Source: Eledone cirrhosa (Eukaryota). Taken from it: 64,000 bases of DNA. The stretch's first letter is position 1. Each line of letters opens with the position of its first letter. Shown here in pieces: positions 57,218-64,000 of the stretch. The DNA is taken from positions 17,236,001 through 17,300,000 of the forward strand of contig OZ024742.1 in the NCBI GenBank assembly GCA_964016885.1, in the 5' to 3' direction. A program made the translations under genes and the position numbers. The notes beneath the pieces are model-generated. The model ran no database searches, had not been told where the DNA came from, and worked only from the letters and a program-made list of their open reading frames with translations.

Positions 57218-57641
57218 TTGTTATACTTTGGGAGGGTCATGTTGCCAATAAGAAACACACGCACCAGTTACTTTCACTTCAATTTATTATAAATTAAATT
57301 TATAAATTTAGGCATTTATAAATTTCCCGTTGGTTGGTTGGTTCCACAACCAGACGATTGTTCATATATTGTCAAAATTCTTTCGTCACACATTCTGTGA
57401 CCACTTCAGTGATTGGGGATTATTTTCTTTGTTTTTGTGCCTCTCCTTTGTTCTGTCCTACGCCATCTTGTTTTTGTGTGTGTTGTCAATTCCTAAATTT
57501 ATAAATTTTATTTATAATAAATGGAAGTCATCGCAACTGGTGCGTGTGTTTCTTATTGGCAACATGACCTTCCCAAAGTATAACACTATCGGTTTCAACA
57601 CACGTTTTCAGATAAAGAATCTTGCTAAACAAATTCAGAAA

Positions 57642-57645
<4 letters not shown>
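57218..57645. mobile_element. Asymmetric fold-back of family 1 pLTR-like repeats, with a degenerate hammerhead (CTGAAGT) at 57371-57413 on the minus strand
   Basis: The left arm matches 47341-47584; the right arm 57489-57645 is an inverted partial copy. Confidence 0.8.
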
Positions 57646-58080
<435 letters not shown>

Positions 58081-58235
58081 TTGTCTCTCTTTTATATAAA
58101 TACTCATATATATATATGGACTGTCCAGAATTAGCCGTCGGGGTCTTACTTGTTCCTATTACCCACTCTACTACCCTAAGTATTGAGTACTTTGGTGCGT
58201 TATGGTCCACCTGGTTCCTTACCACATTTCCTTCG

Positions 58236-58283
<48 letters not shown>

Positions 58284-58414
58284 TCAGCAATTAAAAGCGG
58301 AAAATTCGACCTCGTAAATTGTTTATTTTATAATCTTCAGACTATCATATAATACTAAAAGAAATATTTTATAGTGCTAAAAAATAATCTATAGTGTTAT
58401 ACCTGGGAGTAAAG

Positions 58415-58795
58415 ATCCCGTTCGATCACGAATGACCATAGGATTTGTATTTAGAATATTCCTCACCGAGGCACAAGTCCGTTCAATTTTATTTGTGGAA
58501 GACCAGTAGTCGCCCATGTCACTGGTGCTGTCCAAGGCAGACCTGCAACCTCTAAAAACCCAAACGGGGAAAAATGAGGCAAAATGGGAAGACTTTATAT
58601 AATGAAATCTATACCCATTTTCACAAGAGAATACATCTCTCACCCAGCCTAAAGTGGGTAGGGGACCTCCACGTCCGGCGGGGAGAGGTAACAGATCTGT
58701 CCACTGAAAGGTAATGGCCAATACAGCTTGACACCAGAGACGTCGCAACTCATTTTTACAGCTGAGTTAACTGGAGAAACGTGAAATAATGTGTC
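58415..58795 (-). mobile_element. SINE family B copy lacking the tRNA head, with an internal insertion
   Basis: Shares several blocks with 35765-36077. Confidence 0.6.
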
Positions 58796-59304
58796 TGATA
58801 GCAGTACCAAATATATTATGATTTTATACTTCTATACATCAACGAAACGTTAAAGACCTAAGGTTACAATATAACAAAATATTTTATAAAAACATATTTA
58901 ATAATTATGATTATTCTTCTATTTAAGTTTGTTCAAATGTTATCCATTCCTGGGCTTCTATTTAGGGAGTATGGGGAAGTAGTAGAGGGCACAGTTTATT
59001 GGAAAGAAAATTGAAAGGAGGGCATGGCACGTGCTAAGATTTCTACAAACTTGGGTCATTAGACATTAAGTGGATGTAGAGATATATGTAGAAACTTGAC
59101 AGAGTAGAGTATACTTATATATATTCTTCTTCAGTTGGTCCTGTATATCCCGAGTCGTAGGGGCACAGTAGTGAGATACGGTATCTATTGGCCATTTTAA
59201 GCCTGGCCGAGCCCATCGTCTATCCACGTCTGAATTCAACAGATTTCTTCGAGAGAAGGATAGAGAGTGAGAGAAAGGAAGCGTAAAGGAGATATAGAGG
59301 AAGA

Positions 59305-59400
59305 TCGGACCCCAGTACTAGTCAGGCACTTTTTTATCGACCTTAAAGTCAAAGTTGATCTTGGTAGGATTTGAACTCAGAGAGTAGTTAGATCGAACGA
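59305..59400 (-). mobile_element. Decayed family A-like SINE fragment; further fragments at 59900-60026 and 61676-61745
   Basis: ttttatcgacc...caaagttgatcttggtaggatttgaactcag is the reverse complement of the B-box/body. Confidence 0.6.
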
Positions 59401-59430
59401 ATAACATAAAGCTCTCTATCTGATGTTATA

Positions 59431-59483
<53 letters not shown>

Positions 59484-59484
59484 G

Positions 59485-59817
59485 ATAAATCTACCAAGAG
59501 TTTACGGTAGTGTCCAATCCGTATGAAGAACTCAATGTATTCCGGATATCATGGAAAGAAGAGATGTAATGAAAAATCACTTTCGGTGAAAGATAAACGG
59601 TATACAGAGTCAAGATAAAATATTAAACAAATAATGAATAAACAATTCCTTATATTAAACAAAAAAAGTTCATTATTTAACGATCGTTTCTAGGATATAT
59701 ATGTGTTAGAATTGGCATGCATATTCAACAGATCTATGTACAAAATTATACAAAATTATACAAACTATCAAGATTAAATATACATACCAACACATATATA
59801 CGCCGTCTTCAGAAATA
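59485..59817 (-). mobile_element. Solo pseudo-LTR of family 2
   Basis: Reverse complement of 39600-39888 (aaatctacca...tacggtagtgtccaatccgtatgaagaactcaatg); TA-flanked. Confidence 0.82.
59674..59817 (-). ncRNA. Hammerhead with intact core and a stem II domain of about 115 nt (family 2)
   Basis: Minus strand tattt-CTGAAGA-cggcg tatatatgtgttgg...ctaacacatatata tccta-GAAAC-gatc-GTT-aaata. Confidence 0.72.
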
Positions 59818-61107
59818 TATATATATTCTATTGAGGTCTTATTCCGTCACATTAACCTTCGTGAGTCTCTCCCCACCCCTCCCCCTTTCTACATGTATAG
59901 TTTCTAATTTACGAACAAGGCCAGTAATTTTGAAGGACGTGGAAGCCGATCTAATTGAACCTAGTACATTACTGATTCATTATGTTATGAACCAGAAAGA
60001 CAAAGTTGTCTCCCCTGGGATTTGAAATACACTCTTCATATATAGACAGATAGCTGTGTATCACCTTTCTATTTATTTGTCAAAAATATTTCATTCAATA
60101 TTAATTACAATATTAAGGAATACGAAATAAATGGAACCCAGCTAACTCTAAGAGCCAGCAACCATTATCTACAAAATTTTAAATCTATGTTCATATGTGC
60201 ATGAACGTATTTCTATTGCATTAGAAATTTTCATAAGTGATATTATTCTCTCACATAACTCCTACTTCGTATCTCGGATGACACATTGAAGAGAGTCAAT
60301 TCGAATAATTAATATCCATATAACTCCTGAAATATAATAATTTCGATATAGAAAAATATTTATTTCTAATTTGCTTAGTAATAAATGACAAATAATTTTA
60401 GTTTCTTTCTGAGATACAGAATGGAGCTTTCAAGTAATCAATAAAATAAACAAAAGTGACACAACAAACGCATTTAATTCTTTAGTGGGAGAAGGTTTTG
60501 AATACGAAGTATGATTTTATTAGTGCCGAAATAATTTCTCCATAAAATGTTACAACGAGCTATAATATCTATAATTAGAACTCAAATAAATAACAATAAT
60601 AACAATAATAGCAAGATGACAATACGACTTCAGTCATTGGTTTTAAAGAAACTAACTAATATAAAGCCTGATCAACGATATTGTTAGAGATGTGAGATAA
60701 GGGACAAGATTAATAATATAACAAAATAATCCATGCAGAAATGTTTAAAAGAAATTATTAAGCTGACAAAAAATACCAATAAAAGAGGAGTTTGAAATTA
60801 TTATGAAATATTTCATGATAAGAATGTTCATACACGGAAACCAAAAAAAGTCTGTAACAAAAATAGTATTATTTCTATTAATCTTTGAATTAATAAGAAA
60901 ACAAAACATCGATGGGAATTAGAATATTATCTTTAAATGCACAAACGTTCAGGCATTAAACATATACACTTCTCTGAAATATTCCTTGCACTTTCTCTGA
61001 ATTCTCATTAAAACTTCATTTAGCTGTACTAAGACTTCGTAAGGAAAAATACACAGTTTATGATTTTTAAGTCGGATGTTTTAAATTGGATTTAACCATT
61101 TTATCTT

Positions 61108-61434
61108 ACAACGAAATATTGAGAGACGTCAGAAAATATATGGCAGTTTCACATCGAACTTCCGAACGAAAATCAATAATTTTAGTAATTTGGATGCACG
61201 TAACTATCTCTCACACTTTTTCTCTATTTCTCCCACCCACACAGACACAGACGCAAGTACACACACAAAACAAACATACACACACATACATACACAGCAT
61301 AATATATCGATACATGCTAACCATGTAATCATTTCAATGTACAACAAAATATGGAGAAACGAGAGAAAATATATGGCAGCTTCTCATCGAACTTGGTATC
61401 GAAAATCAATAATTTTAGTAACTTGGACGTGCGC

Positions 61435-61435
<1 letters not shown>
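61108..61435 (+). repeat. Diverged direct duplication of about 95 bp (61108-61200 and 61340-61435)
   Basis: agaaaatatatggcag...catcgaactt...cgaaaatcaataattttagtaa occurs twice. Confidence 0.8.
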
Positions 61436-61473
<38 letters not shown>

Positions 61474-61841
61474 ATTTCTCTCTCTCTCTCTCTCACACAC
61501 ACACACGCACACACATACACACACACAGAAAGATATATATATGTACACACACACCATCGTGTATCTACACATCACATACTATCCATGTGCCCTTATCTCC
61601 TTCTGAATATAGTGGAATTCTTCCATAATAGGAGATAGGGAGATAACAAGTAAGAAAGACATGAAGAGGGAATGTTGCCCTCAGTATTGGACTAGTATTT
61701 ATTTATCGACCTTCAAACTATGAAATATACAGTTCACCTCGGACTGCCACATATAGGCATATTGAAGTGAACACACGAATATATTTTAATATTGACTTTA
61801 TCAATATAATAGTGTGTGTGCGTGTTTATGTATATATATAC

Positions 61842-61933
<92 letters not shown>

Positions 61934-62219
61934 GTTCAGGACCCCGACGGCAGAGCTCAAGCCGTTTCGACGGCTATTTCTATTACCCAAAGTATCGAGT
62001 ACTCTGGTCCACCTGGTTCCTTACCACACTTACCAGAATCAGACAGATCCACACAATGATCGCGTATCGAGCTGTCCGCCGGCGAAACAATTGTAACACA
62101 ATAAATTGAGTTCAGATGCATCACTGATATTTCGTTTTCTATTATATCATACTCTGCTCTGTAAGAGCATAGAGTGCTCAACCGGCACTCCGCCTATGGA
62201 AGCATCATAGCTACCATCT

Positions 62220-63196
<977 letters not shown>

Positions 63197-64000
63197 TAAA
63201 CAGATTGAAAATTAAAATGACTGAAATCGAGTGAAAAGTATGAAACACATTAGTAAAAAGTTAGAATATAAAACTATAAAATGAAACGTGATCTAAAATA
63301 ACTATAATATTTGTCTAAGTAGAAGTAATTTGAGGAAAAAGAAGAATAGTACATTCTTTGTTATAATGTTTGAAATTCAGAATTTATTCTTTGTTTTGCG
63401 GGGATTTTTTTAATGAATCACCAATGAGAAAATCTACAAATAATTTTAGAAAGAAAATATGAGACAAATTTGTACATACTGAATGTTTATAGCTGAAGAC
63501 GAATTACTAGTTTGTAGATTGATACATAACGAAAGAAAGAAAAAATGTGAACAATTGGTAAAATGTTCAATAAGTAAACAGTTGAGGATATTTTAAATAG
63601 AGAGATTAAAAGGTGAGAATTCAAAATATACTAAAAGGTATTATTACATCTAGAATGAATTAAAACAGAAACATATAATTTTAGAAAATAAAAATAAATT
63701 AATTAGTTTTTCCAATGAAATGGAAGTCTGTCGAGCAGTATGGGGTGCCTACTCGTTATATCAGCGTCATAAGTAGGGTTGTATTTAGACCGAGAGGAAG
63801 ACCCAAGATACTTCAGGTTTTTGGATGGGAGTGGGGATCATACACAAAAAAATAGAATTCACAGCAAATCCCCCAATTTTACAAAGTTAGTTTGAGGCAA
63901 GTAATTGGAATTGAAAAATTATAAATTCAAAAATTCTAACCATCCTAAAACTAAAAAACCCAGCTGAAGGAACAAATAAATGTCTATGGCCGTTACTGGT

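Overview
Eukaryotic, repeat-only window with no host gene I can support. The SINEs and dense (TA)n/(CA)n/(GA)n microsatellites resemble an octopus/cephalopod genome (inference from recalled SINE similarity). Bases 1-34410 are one 45-bp tandem satellite (about 765 monomers, open at the left window edge) with kb-scale higher-order duplications. Its monomer is almost identical to the reverse complement of the 5' A-box head of a tRNA-derived SINE dispersed in the right half of the window. The giant MVSDPLPILPIHHPS ORFs are a by-product of the 45-bp period. Bases 34.4-64 kb are AT-rich and hold tRNA-SINEs, two decayed Penelope-like retroelement (PLE) fragments (RT+GIY-YIG at 53.4-56.7 kb; GIY-YIG only at 38.4-39.9 kb) and many short fold-back elements in (TA)n runs. 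By eye I find 15 type I hammerhead ribozyme motifs (some degenerate) from about 9 distinct repeat families between 38.1 and 63.1 kb. Most have short, often palindromic stem III, several have very long stem II, and in the fold-backs they consistently point outward toward the flanking (TA)n.
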